Shown in pieces: positions 8,762 through 17,914 of a DNA stretch of 64,000 nt; position 1 is the stretch's first letter; each line of letters opens with the position of its first letter. The stretch lies in contig JBFWVF010000001.1 in NCBI GenBank assembly GCA_050246875.1, forward strand, positions 226,640 to 290,639, written 5' to 3'. The stretch comes from Alphaproteobacteria bacterium (GTDB lineage Bacteria > Pseudomonadota > Alphaproteobacteria > UBA6615). A model generated the notes under the pieces. The model worked only from the letters and a program-made list of their open reading frames with translations, was not told the DNA's origin and made no database searches. The position numbers were made by a program, and so were the translations under genes.

Positions 8762-9280
8762 ATGCGCCTCTCGCTGATCGCCGCCGTCGCGCGCAACGGC
8801 GTCATCGGGGCCGATGGCGGCCTGCCCTGGCGCATTCCCGCCGACCTGCGCCGCTTCCGCGCGCTGACCATGGGCAAGCCGGTCGTGATGGGGCGGAAGA
8901 CCTACGTCTCCATCGGCCGCGCCCTGCCCGGCCGCGCCAACATCGTGCTGACGCGCGACCCGGCCTTCCGCGCCGATGGCGTCGAGACGGCGGCCGACCT
9001 CGACACGGCGTTGACGCTGGCTCGCCGGCGGGCGGCGGAGGCCGGGGCCGACGAGGTGTTCATCATCGGCGGCGCCGAAATCTATGCGGCGGCGCTGCCG
9101 TTCGCCGATCGGCTCTACCTGACGGAAGTCGATGCGGATATCGCCGGCGACGCACACTTTCCGGCATACGCACGCGACGGCTGGAGGGACGTGGCCGCCC
9201 CGGAATCCTTCCCGGCCGAGGCGGGTGCGCCACCGGCGCGGCTCGTCGTCCTCGAGCGGCGCGCGCGCCCTATTCCATGA
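8762..9280 (+). CDS. folA: Dihydrofolate reductase
   Basis: 172 aa, LIAAVARNGVIG...LPWRIPADL...GRKTYESIG. Starts 6 nt after thyA, giving a thyA-folA operon. Confidence 0.9.
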   Translation: MRLSLIAAVARNGVIGADGGLPWRIPADLRRFRALTMGKPVVMGRKTYVSIGRALPGRANIVLTRDPAFRADGVETAADLDTALTLARRRAAEAGADEVFIIGGAEIYAAALPFADRLYLTEVDADIAGDAHFPAYARDGWRDVAAPESFPAEAGAPPARLVVLERRARPIP

Positions 9281-10409
9281 CGATACGTGGCGGCGGGCGC
9301 AGTGTCGCGCCGCCGGCGAGACGGTCGCGCAGGGTCGCGGCGATCGCCATGTAGGCTTCCGCCTGCGGGCTGTCGGGCGCGCTGCGAACGATCGGCGTGC
9401 CGGCGTCCGATGTCTCGCGGATGGCAAGGTCGAGCGGCACCTCGCCGAGGAACGGCAGGCCCAGGCGTGCCGCCTCGTCGCGCGCGCCACCATGTCCGAA
9501 GATGTCGCTGCGGCCGCCGCAGTGCGGGCAGATGAACATGCTCATGTTCTCGACGATCCCAAGCACCGGCACATCGACCTTGCGGAACATGTTGAGGCCC
9601 TTGCGGGCGTCGATAAGCGCGATGTCCTGCGGCGTCGACACGATGATGGCGCCGGCCAGCGGCACGCGCTGCGCCATGGTGAGCTGGGCGTCGCCGGTGC
9701 CCGGCGGCATGTCGACGATCAGCGCGTCGAGCGCGCCCCACTCGACCTCGCGCAGCATCTGTTCCAGCGCACCCATCACCATCGGGCCGCGCCAGATCAT
9801 CGGCGTGTCCTCGTCGATGAGGAAGCCGATGGACATGACCTTGAGGCCCCACGCCTCGAGCGGCGCGATGCGCTTGTCGCCGAGCGGCTTCGGCTTGCCG
9901 CGCGCACCCAGCATGCGCGGCAGCGACGGGCCGTAGACATCGGCGTCGAGCAGGCCGACCGAGAGGCCGAGGCGTGCCAGCGCGACCGCGAGGTTGACCG
10001 AGGTCGTCGACTTGCCGACACCGCCCTTGCCGGAGGCGACGGCGACAATGGCCTTCACGCCGGGCACCAGCGGCTTGTCGGCGGCGCGTTCGGGCGCGGG
10101 CAAGGGCGCGCGGCGGTGTGGCGCGGCCGGACGGGGCCCGGCGCCGGACGGCGGTGCCGTGCGATGCGCCGTCAGCACGGCGGTGACGGCGGTGACGCCC
10201 GGCAGGGCACGCACCCGCTCCTCGGCAGCGCGACGCAGCGGCTCGCGTTCGCCAGCGAGCGCCGGATCGATCTCGATGGCGAAGCCGACCGCTCCGTCGC
10301 GCACGACGAGCCCGGTGACCATCCCCGCCGCGACGATACCGCGCCCGGTGGACGGATCGCGCACCCCGTCCAGTGCCTCGCGCACGCGTTCTTCGCTGAT
10401 CAGGGCCAT
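9270..10409 (-). CDS. apbC: Fe-S cluster carrier ATPase Mrp/ApbC (NBP35 family)
   Basis: 379 aa, Walker A VASGKGGVGKST, CPHCGG motif. RBS AAGGAG. The 3' end overlaps folA convergently by 11 nt. Confidence 0.85.
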   Translation of the reverse strand: MALISEERVREALDGVRDPSTGRGIVAAGMVTGLVVRDGAVGFAIEIDPALAGEREPLRRAAEERVRALPGVTAVTAVLTAHRTAPPSGAGPRPAAPHRRAPLPAPERAADKPLVPGVKAIVAVASGKGGVGKSTTSVNLAVALARLGLSVGLLDADVYGPSLPRMLGARGKPKPLGDKRIAPLEAWGLKVMSIGFLIDEDTPMIWRGPMVMGALEQMLREVEWGALDALIVDMPPGTGDAQLTMAQRVPLAGAIIVSTPQDIALIDARKGLNMFRKVDVPVLGIVENMSMFICPHCGGRSDIFGHGGARDEAARLGLPFLGEVPLDLAIRETSDAGTPIVRSAPDSPQAEAYMAIAATLRDRLAGGATLRPPPRIVME

Positions 10410-10593
10410 CGGTGCTCCTTGATGCCGCCGGCCGGAATCACCACATTCACGGCCACTTGGCCCGTTTGTACTGGCCCCTGCGGTGGCGGGGTTGATATAA
10501 GCCGGGCCGCGCGGCTTGCAAAGCCGGCGGGCGGCGGGGGGCTGCGCCCGGACGGCCGGCAGGCACCGGACGAGGGATAAAGGGGACCCGCCG

Positions 10594-11766
10594 ATGCCGT
10601 GGAATACTCAAGGTGGTGGTGGAGGCGGCCCGTGGGGCGGCGGTGGTGGCCCGTGGGGCAACCGCCCGACCGGCGGCGGCGGGAGTCAGCCGCCCAATCT
10701 CGAGGACGTCATCCGCCGCAGCCAGGACCGGATGCGCCGGCTGCTGCCCGGTGGCCTCGGCGCTGGCAAAGGCATCGCAGTCGCGGCTGTCGTGCTGCTG
10801 GTGATCTGGCTGGCGAGTGGCCTCTATCGTGTCCTTCCCGACGAGCAGGGCGTCGAACTGATCTTCGGCGCGTGGAACGGCGAGACCACGGGGCCGGGCC
10901 TGCACTGGATTCCCCCGGCGCCGATCGGCGAGGCGATCACGCCGACCGTCGAACGGGTGCGCCGCACCGATATCGGTTCGCGCTCGGCCGCGGACATCGC
11001 CGCCCGCGCCGGCCAGCCGCGCCGCACCGTGCCGCGCGAAAGCCTGGTGCTGACGGGCGACCAGAACATCGCCGACATCGACTACGCCATCCTTTGGCGC
11101 ATCAAGAATGCCGGCGAGTTTCTCTTCAACCTGCAGGATCCCGAGGGCACCGTGCGCGTGGCCGCCGAAAGCGCCATGCGCGAGGTCGTCGGCCAGACGC
11201 CGCTCGAGACCGTCATCACCGGCGGCCGCACGCAGGTGCAGCAGCGCACCCTCGACCTGCTGCAGCGCATCCTCGACAGCTACGGCGCCGGCATCGCGGT
11301 GATCAGCGTGCAGATCCAGCAGGCCGACCCGCCGCAACAGGTGATCGACGCCTTCAACGAAGTGCAGCGCGCGCGGCAGGACAAGGAGCGCCTGCAGAAC
11401 GAGGCCCAGGCCTACGAGAACCGCATCGTGCCGACGGCGCGAGGCGAAGCGCAGAGCGTCCTGCAGCAGGCCGAGGCCTACCGCGAACGCCTGACCAAGG
11501 AGGCCGAGGGTGAGGCTTCACGCTTCACGCAGGTCTACGACGCCTACCGTCTTGCGCCCGACGTGACGCGTCGGCGCATGTATTTGGAAGCCATGCGCGA
11601 CGTGCTGTCCGGCACCAACAAGATCATCATCGACAGTTCCACCGGCGGCCAGGGCGTAGTCCCCTATCTGCCCCTCAACGAGTTGCGCCGGACCGCGCCG
11701 CCGGCTACGCAACCGACCAGACCGCAGCAACAGGCGCCAGCAGCGCCGACGGGAGGCACGCGATGA
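10594..11766 (+). CDS. hflK: FtsH protease modulator HflK
   Basis: ATG 10594 after AAGGGGA. Gly-rich N-terminus, TM helix, then SPFH/band-7 domain. Confidence 0.85.
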   Translation: MPWNTQGGGGGGPWGGGGGPWGNRPTGGGGSQPPNLEDVIRRSQDRMRRLLPGGLGAGKGIAVAAVVLLVIWLASGLYRVLPDEQGVELIFGAWNGETTGPGLHWIPPAPIGEAITPTVERVRRTDIGSRSAADIAARAGQPRRTVPRESLVLTGDQNIADIDYAILWRIKNAGEFLFNLQDPEGTVRVAAESAMREVVGQTPLETVITGGRTQVQQRTLDLLQRILDSYGAGIAVISVQIQQADPPQQVIDAFNEVQRARQDKERLQNEAQAYENRIVPTARGEAQSVLQQAEAYRERLTKEAEGEASRFTQVYDAYRLAPDVTRRRMYLEAMRDVLSGTNKIIIDSSTGGQGVVPYLPLNELRRTAPPATQPTRPQQQAPAAPTGGTR

Positions 11767-12653
11767 ACCGCCTCGTCGCCGCGATCCTCGGCATCGTCGT
11801 CATCGCCCTCGGCATCGTCGCCGTCAGCACGCTGTTCGTCGTGCGTCAGACCGAGCAGGTTATCGTCCTGCAGTTCGGCGATCCGTTGCGGGTGATCAAG
11901 GAGCCCGGCCTGAATGCCAAGCTGCCGTGGCAATCGGTCGAAACCTTCGACAAGCGCGTGCTTGGCCTCGATCCGCCGACCGAGGAACTGATCCTCTCCG
12001 ACCAGCGGCGCATCAATGTCGACAGTTTCGCGCGCTATCGTATCGTCGACCCGCTACGCTTCTACCAGACCGTCCGCACCGGCGCGGCATTCGACGACCG
12101 CTTCGGCCGCATTCTCAACGCCACCGTACGACGCGTCCTCGCCCTGCACGATCTTGTCGACGTGCTGTCGCCTGCGCGCGACGAGATCATGGGCAAGATC
12201 CGCGATGAGGTGATCCGGTCGGCCGGGGACTTCGGCATCGAGATCGTCGACCTGCGTATCGGCCGTACCGAACTGCCAGACGAGGTCTCGCAGAACGTCT
12301 ACGCCCGCATGCGTTCCGAGCGCGAGCGCGAGGCCAACCGCGAGCGCGCCGAGGGCGAGGAAGTGGCCCGCCGCATCCGCGCCCAGGCCGACCGCCAGCA
12401 GACCGTGATCATCGCCGAAGCGCAGCGCGAGGCAGAAAAGCTGCGCGGCGACGGCGAGGCGACGCGGACCCGCATCCTTGCCGAGGCCTTCAACCGCGAT
12501 CCGGCGTTCTTCGACTTCTACCGCACGCTGGAAGCGTACAAGGAGACCTTCCACCCCGAGGACACTTCCCTGGTCCTCTCGCCCGACAGCGAGTTCTTCC
12601 GCTTCTTTGGCGACGCCATGGGCCGTACCACGACGCAGGAACGTCAGCGCTGA
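11763..12653 (+). CDS. hflC: FtsH protease modulator HflC
   Basis: 296 aa SPFH-domain protein. ATGA start/stop overlap with hflK. Confidence 0.85.
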   Translation: MNRLVAAILGIVVIALGIVAVSTLFVVRQTEQVIVLQFGDPLRVIKEPGLNAKLPWQSVETFDKRVLGLDPPTEELILSDQRRINVDSFARYRIVDPLRFYQTVRTGAAFDDRFGRILNATVRRVLALHDLVDVLSPARDEIMGKIRDEVIRSAGDFGIEIVDLRIGRTELPDEVSQNVYARMRSEREREANRERAEGEEVARRIRAQADRQQTVIIAEAQREAEKLRGDGEATRTRILAEAFNRDPAFFDFYRTLEAYKETFHPEDTSLVLSPDSEFFRFFGDAMGRTTTQERQR

Positions 12654-12827
12654 ACGGGGCCTGCCCGGCGGGCACGCGAATGTGACCGCCGCCGGGGTGT
12701 TGCCGGGGTAAGGCCCGAATTCCGCCGCAATCCATGCCCATATGCCACGCTCAGGGAGCTTCGGTGGTGGTCAGGCGGGCGGTGCCGGGCCGTCCCGGTC
12801 TTGACCGGGTAGCCCGAGCAACCAGAT

Positions 12828-12853
12828 TCCCTGCGGCAGGATTCGCAGGGTTT
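12828..12853 (+). terminator. Rho-independent terminator-like hairpin upstream of degP
   Basis: CCCTGCG-gcaggatt-CGCAGGG followed by TTTT. It is about 175 nt after the hflC stop and about 50 nt before the degP ATG. Confidence 0.5.
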
Positions 12854-12905
12854 TCGCTCTGACCGCGATCCAGTCCGGAGCGCGAATTCAGGAGTGACAC
12901 GGACC

Positions 12906-14438
12906 ATGCTTGCACAACCGATCAGGGCAGGAGCCGCCCGGCCGCGCACCTCCGCCGGCGGCCCGCGTTTCGGGCGCATCGTCGGCCTCGCGGTCATGAG
13001 CGGCCTGCTACTGCTGTCTTCCGTTCCGGTTGAAGCGCGCCAGGCCCCGGAATCCTTCGCCGACCTGGCGGAGAAGCTGTTGCCGACGGTCGTCAACATC
13101 TCGACGACCCAGACGATCCAGGGGCCGCAGGGACCGCAAGGCCCGCAGGCCCGTCCCGACATGCCGCAGGTGCCGCCGGGGTCGCCCTTCGAGGACTTCT
13201 TCAAGGATTTCTTCGACCGACAGCGGCCCGACAACGGGCCGCGTCGCGCGACTTCGCTCGGCTCGGGCTTCGTCATCGACGCCGACGGCTATGTCGTGAC
13301 CAACAACCATGTCATCGCCGACGCCGACGAGATCACCGTCATCCTGCACGACGACACGCGCCACAAGGCCAAGCTGATCGGCCGCGACGCCAAGACCGAC
13401 CTGGCGCTGCTCAAGATCGAGGCCGGGCGCAAGCTCGAGGCGGCGAAGTGGGGCGATTCGACCACTGCCCGCGTCGGCGACTGGGTGGTCGCCATCGGCA
13501 ATCCGTTCGGCCTCGGCGGCACGGTGACGGCCGGCATCATCTCGGCCCGCCAGCGTGACATCAACGCCGGGCCCTACGACGCCTTCATCCAGACCGACGC
13601 CTCGATCAACCGCGGCAATTCGGGCGGTCCGATGTTCAACATCAACGGCGAGGTGATCGGCGTCAACACCGCCATCTTCTCGCCGTCCGGCGGCAGCGTC
13701 GGCATCGGTTTCGCCGTGCCGTCGACGATGGCCCGTCGCGTGGTCGAGCAGTTGCGCGAGTTCGGCCGCACCAAGCGCGGCTGGCTCGGCGTACGCATCC
13801 AGTCCGTGACCGACGAGATCGCCGAGAGCCTGCAGCTCGGCAAGGCGCGCGGCGCGCTGGTGGCGAGCGTCACCGAGGGCGGCCCCGCGGCCAAGGCCAA
13901 GGTCGAGCAGGGTGACGTCATCATCGGCTTCGACAACAAGCCCATCGACCAGATGCGCGAACTGCCGCGCGTGGTCGCCGAGACGCCGATCGGCAAGGAA
14001 GTCGACCTCGAGGTCTGGCGCAAGGGTTCCTCCAAGAAGCTTCGTGTCACCGTCGGCGAACTGGAGGAAGCGGAGAACACGGTCCTCGCCTCCGCCCCCG
14101 GCGACGACAAGAACGCCCCGGCCACCGCCGCCAGCAAGGTCGCCGATCTCGGCATCACTCTGTCGCGGCTGGACGAGCGGACACGGCGGGAGTTCAACAT
14201 CCCCGACACCGTCCAGGGCGTTCTCGTCACCGAGGTCGACGGCGCCGGCCCGGCGGCCGAGAAAGACGTGCGCCCCGGCGACGTCATCGTCGAGGTCAGT
14301 CAGGAAAGCGTGAGCAATCCCGCGCAGATCGCCAACAGTGTCCGCGACGCCAAGGAAAGCGGCCGCCGCTCGGTGCTGCTGCTCGTCAACCGCGGCGGCG
14401 ACCTGTCGTTCAAGGCCGTCCGTCTCGGCAAGGGCTGA
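12906..14438 (+). CDS. degP: Periplasmic serine endoprotease DegP/HtrA family (two PDZ domains)
   Basis: ATG 12906 (MLAQPI...) after CAGGAG. Signal peptide, catalytic GNSGGP, two PDZ regions. Confidence 0.85.
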   Translation: MLAQPIRAGAARPRTSAGGPRFGRIVGLAVMSGLLLLSSVPVEARQAPESFADLAEKLLPTVVNISTTQTIQGPQGPQGPQARPDMPQVPPGSPFEDFFKDFFDRQRPDNGPRRATSLGSGFVIDADGYVVTNNHVIADADEITVILHDDTRHKAKLIGRDAKTDLALLKIEAGRKLEAAKWGDSTTARVGDWVVAIGNPFGLGGTVTAGIISARQRDINAGPYDAFIQTDASINRGNSGGPMFNINGEVIGVNTAIFSPSGGSVGIGFAVPSTMARRVVEQLREFGRTKRGWLGVRIQSVTDEIAESLQLGKARGALVASVTEGGPAAKAKVEQGDVIIGFDNKPIDQMRELPRVVAETPIGKEVDLEVWRKGSSKKLRVTVGELEEAENTVLASAPGDDKNAPATAASKVADLGITLSRLDERTRREFNIPDTVQGVLVTEVDGAGPAAEKDVRPGDVIVEVSQESVSNPAQIANSVRDAKESGRRSVLLLVNRGGDLSFKAVRLGKG

Positions 14439-14465
14439 CCGCGGCGATACAACCAGTTGGATGAG

Positions 14466-14493
14466 AACGGCGCGGGAGCCCTCCCGCGCCGTT
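14466..14493. terminator. Bidirectional terminator-like perfect palindrome between convergent degP and the HMGL-like gene
   Basis: AACGGCGCGGGAG-ccc-TCCCGCGCCGTT with a 12-bp GC-rich stem. Confidence 0.45.
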
Positions 14494-14500
14494 CGTCATT

Positions 14501-15802
14501 TCAGGCCCCGTCTCCAGCCCGCTGCCACGCTTCCAGCCGCTCCTGGCCGGTCGCCCCGGTAAAGGCTGCCTGCGACGCCGCGCGCACCAGTTCGGCGAAC
14601 AGGCCGTCGCCGAGCGATGTCTTGCGATGGCGCAATTCCTTGCGCACCTGGGTCAGCACGGCATTCGCCGTTTCGGTCGACAACTCGCCGAGGCCTTGTT
14701 CGCGCGCCTTGCGCTTGATCGCCATCGGGCCCGAGTAATGGCAGAGCGGAACGTAGTCGGTGTTGCCCAGCACCTTCGGCGACCAGGCATTGAACGACCA
14801 CAGGTCGGACTCGGGCAGCACGTAATGCACTTCAGCGGCATGCGAGAAGGCTGTCCGGCCGGTGCCGGGCAGGTGCGCCGGAATCGGCTGGTTCCAGACG
14901 TCGGCGACGAACTCCGCCAGCTCCTGGAAGCCGTCGAGCCGGATGCCGGTGTCGTAGCCGTAGAACAGCTCAAGCACCGCCGCGAGCACGGCAGTGTTCG
15001 GAATGCCGGCGCGCTCGCCGATGCCGTTGATGCAGCCTTCGAGAATTTCGGCGCCGCCCTGCAGCGCCCCAAGCTGGCCCGCCGTGGCGAGATCGAAATC
15101 GTCGTGACTGTGGATGCCGAGAATGGCGTCGCCGATGACGCCCTTGATCTGCTTGGCATGGTGCTCGTAGACCGCCGGCATGCAAGGCGCGCAGATGTCG
15201 TCCATGCGGATGATGTCGGCGCCAGCGCCGGCGATGCGGCCGGCGATGGTCTTCAGCCAGTCGAGGTCGAGGCGCGAGAAGTCCATCAAATTGGCGCTGA
15301 TCGTGGCGCCCTTCGACTTGCCGTACTGTACTGCCTCGCAGGCGAGATCGACGGCTTCCTCGCGAGAGACCTTGAGGCCGCCCATGCTCTCGACGAGGCG
15401 GTAGTTGTAGTCGGAGACGGCGAAGGCGAGGCAGATGATGTCGGTGCCAACATCAAGGCAGTGGTCGATCTCCTGCCGGCACAGCTTCGGGTTCAGGGCC
15501 GCCGTCGGATGCACCAGCGCCTGCACCTTGAGCTTCAGGCCGAGCTTCTTGACCTGCCGGATTTCCTCCGGATCGTCATGGTGCATCTCGATCAGCGGGA
15601 TGCCGATGGCGTCGATGCGGCGGGCGAACTCGACGACGTCCTCGAGGCGCAACGAGACGCCGTCGACCTGTCGGCCCTCGCGCAAGGTGAGGTCCATCAG
15701 TTGCACGCGGGCCGGCAGGTTCATGCCGGCCCGCACGTTGCGGTCGAAATTGTAGGGGCTGACCGCCCACATGCCTTCGCGATACCCCATCGACTGCGTC
15801 AT
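14501..15802 (-). CDS. DRE-TIM metallolyase / HMGL-like (pyruvate carboxyltransferase domain) protein
   Basis: 433 aa with LMDLTLREGRQ and HSHDDFDLATAGQLGALQGGA, as in isopropylmalate/homocitrate synthase and HMG-CoA lyase relatives. RBS GGGAAG. Confidence 0.7.
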   Translation of the reverse strand: MTQSMGYREGMWAVSPYNFDRNVRAGMNLPARVQLMDLTLREGRQVDGVSLRLEDVVEFARRIDAIGIPLIEMHHDDPEEIRQVKKLGLKLKVQALVHPTAALNPKLCRQEIDHCLDVGTDIICLAFAVSDYNYRLVESMGGLKVSREEAVDLACEAVQYGKSKGATISANLMDFSRLDLDWLKTIAGRIAGAGADIIRMDDICAPCMPAVYEHHAKQIKGVIGDAILGIHSHDDFDLATAGQLGALQGGAEILEGCINGIGERAGIPNTAVLAAVLELFYGYDTGIRLDGFQELAEFVADVWNQPIPAHLPGTGRTAFSHAAEVHYVLPESDLWSFNAWSPKVLGNTDYVPLCHYSGPMAIKRKAREQGLGELSTETANAVLTQVRKELRHRKTSLGDGLFAELVRAASQAAFTGATGQERLEAWQRAGDGA

Positions 15803-15938
15803 GGCGCTTCCCCGCTTCCCGCCGGCCGCACGCCGGTCGTTGACACAAGTCTAGGCCAGCGGGAAGCCACTCGCATGGGCGCGGGAATACCGAATCCGCC
15901 GTATTGCCGGCTGGCGGAAAATCTTCGTCCGCGCCACC

Positions 15939-16838
15939 TCACGGGCGAACGAACTCCGCCTCGCGGTAGCCCATGAAATAGAGCAACGCCGTCAGATCGG
16001 CATGGTCGATGCGGGCGGCGGCGCGTTCGGCGAGCACCGCCTTGCCGCGCCATGCCACGCCAAGGCCGGCGGCCTCGACCATGTCGAGATCGTTGGCGCC
16101 GTCGCCGATGGCCACCCCCGCCGCGACGCCGACGCCGAGACGGCCGGCGATGTCCTCCAGCGCCGCGCGCTTGGCCGCCCGGCCCAGCACCGGCGGCACG
16201 ACGCGCCCGGTTAGCTTGCCGCCGGCGATCTCCAGCCGGTTGGCGCGCACTTCGGCGAAACCCAGACGGCGCGCCAGCGGTTCGGCGAAGTATGTAAATC
16301 CACCGGTCACGAGCGCGGCGTGGACGCCATGCGCGGCCAGCGTCGCCGCCAGCACCGTCGCTCCCGCATTCGGCCGGATACGCGCCGCCACCGTGTCGAG
16401 CAGGCTGGTCGGCGTGCCGGCGAGCAGCGCCACGCGCTCGGCCAGCGCGCCTTCGAAGTCGAGTTCTCCGGCCATGGCCCGCGCCGTCACGGCGGCGATG
16501 CGCGGGCCGATGCCGATAGCCTCGGCCAGCTCATCGAGCATCTCGTTCTCGATGATCGTCGATTCCATGTCGGCGACGACGAAGTGCCGGCGCCGCGCGG
16601 CGGCCATCTGCACCGCGAGGTCGACCGGCGCGCCGGCCAGTGCCGACCGTGCCGCACTGCGCAGCGTCGACGCCGGTGCGCCGCCGCACGGCAGGTCGCA
16701 GGCGACCCGCGGCGCCAGCCAGTCCGCCACGCCGACCGTGGCGCCGGCCGCGCGCAGCGCTGCGCCCGCGCGCGCGACGATGCTATCGTCGAGATCCGGC
16801 GCGGCACCGCCGGCCACCAGCGTCAGCACGAGGTCCAT
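15939..16838 (-). CDS. serB: Phosphoserine phosphatase
   Basis: HAD motifs DMESTII...GDGANDL. Start chosen at ATG 16838 (MDLVLTLVAGG). The longer track ORF begins at TTG 16907. Confidence 0.8.
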   Translation of the reverse strand: MDLVLTLVAGGAAPDLDDSIVARAGAALRAAGATVGVADWLAPRVACDLPCGGAPASTLRSAARSALAGAPVDLAVQMAAARRRHFVVADMESTIIENEMLDELAEAIGIGPRIAAVTARAMAGELDFEGALAERVALLAGTPTSLLDTVAARIRPNAGATVLAATLAAHGVHAALVTGGFTYFAEPLARRLGFAEVRANRLEIAGGKLTGRVVPPVLGRAAKRAALEDIAGRLGVGVAAGVAIGDGANDLDMVEAAGLGVAWRGKAVLAERAAARIDHADLTALLYFMGYREAEFVRP

Positions 16839-17787
16839 GTCGCCAAAACCCACCGCAGGAGAGACGGCGCCCGTCATCGTCGTCGCCGGCCCGACGGCGA
16901 GCGGCAAGTCGGCACTGGCGCTGGCGCTCGCGCGCCGTCTCGGCGGCGTGGTGATAAACGCCGATGCGCTGCAGGTCTACCGCGACCTGCGCATCGTCAC
17001 GGCACGGCCGACGCCGGAGGACGAGGCGCTGGCGCCGCATCGCCTCTACGGTATCCTCGACGCCTCGGAGGTCTGCTCGGCGGGACGCTGGCGCACGCTG
17101 GCGCTGGCGGAGATCGCACGGGCACGCGCCGCCGGACTGCGTCCGATCGTCGTCGGTGGCACCGGGCTGTACGTCGAGGCGCTGGTCCGTGGCCTCGCCG
17201 ACATCCCGCCGGTGCCCGCGGCGATCCGTGCCGGGGTGCGCGCCCGCCTCGCCGACCTCGGCCCCGCGACCCTTCATGCCGCCCTCGCCGCCGACGACCC
17301 GGAGACCGCCGCGACGCTGCGGCCAAGTGATCCACAGCGGCTGGCGCGCGCCTGGGAAGTCCTCGAAGCGACCGGCCGCCCGCTTGCCGCCTGGTGGGCC
17401 GAGGCGAAGGCCGCCGTGACGGAGCGGTTCGACATCGTCGCGCTCGAGCCGCCGCGCGAAGCCCTCTATGCCACCTGCGACACGCGCTTCGCGGCGATGG
17501 TCGCGGCCGGTGCCTTGGCCGAAGTGCGCGCCCTCGTGGCCCGCAGTCTACCGCCGGATGCTCCGGCACTGAAAGCCGTTGGCGTCGCCGAACTGGCCCG
17601 CCACATCGCCGGCCGGTGCGATCTGCCGGAGGCCGTCGCGGCCGCCCGCCAGGCCACGCGGCGGCTGGCGAAGCGTCAACTCACCTGGTTCCGGCACCGC
17701 CTGCCCAGGGAAGGTGAGACAGCCATCCGACTATCGTTGAAATATTCTGTCGTTGATTCGGATGAAATCTTTTCAAAAATATCTTGA
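16837..17787 (+). CDS. miaA: tRNA dimethylallyltransferase
   Basis: MSPKPTAGETAPVIVVAGPTASGKS P-loop. First possible in-frame start is ATG 16837 after GAGG. It overlaps the serB ATG by 2 nt on the opposite strand. Confidence 0.85.
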   Translation: MSPKPTAGETAPVIVVAGPTASGKSALALALARRLGGVVINADALQVYRDLRIVTARPTPEDEALAPHRLYGILDASEVCSAGRWRTLALAEIARARAAGLRPIVVGGTGLYVEALVRGLADIPPVPAAIRAGVRARLADLGPATLHAALAADDPETAATLRPSDPQRLARAWEVLEATGRPLAAWWAEAKAAVTERFDIVALEPPREALYATCDTRFAAMVAAGALAEVRALVARSLPPDAPALKAVGVAELARHIAGRCDLPEAVAAARQATRRLAKRQLTWFRHRLPREGETAIRLSLKYSVVDSDEIFSKIS

Positions 17788-17914
17788 CCGTATCGGACTC
17801 GGACCATAGTTTTCGCGCCCCATGCCCTAGAATCGGGCGTTACGCGGCGCGGGCCGGTGTGCTTCGCGTCGCGCTTCATTTCGTGGGCCCCGGGCGGGGG
17901 CAGGACGGACGAAC

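Noticed and set aside
7859-9493. 544-aa minus-strand ORF
   Set aside because: Antisense of thyA-folA, an artefact.
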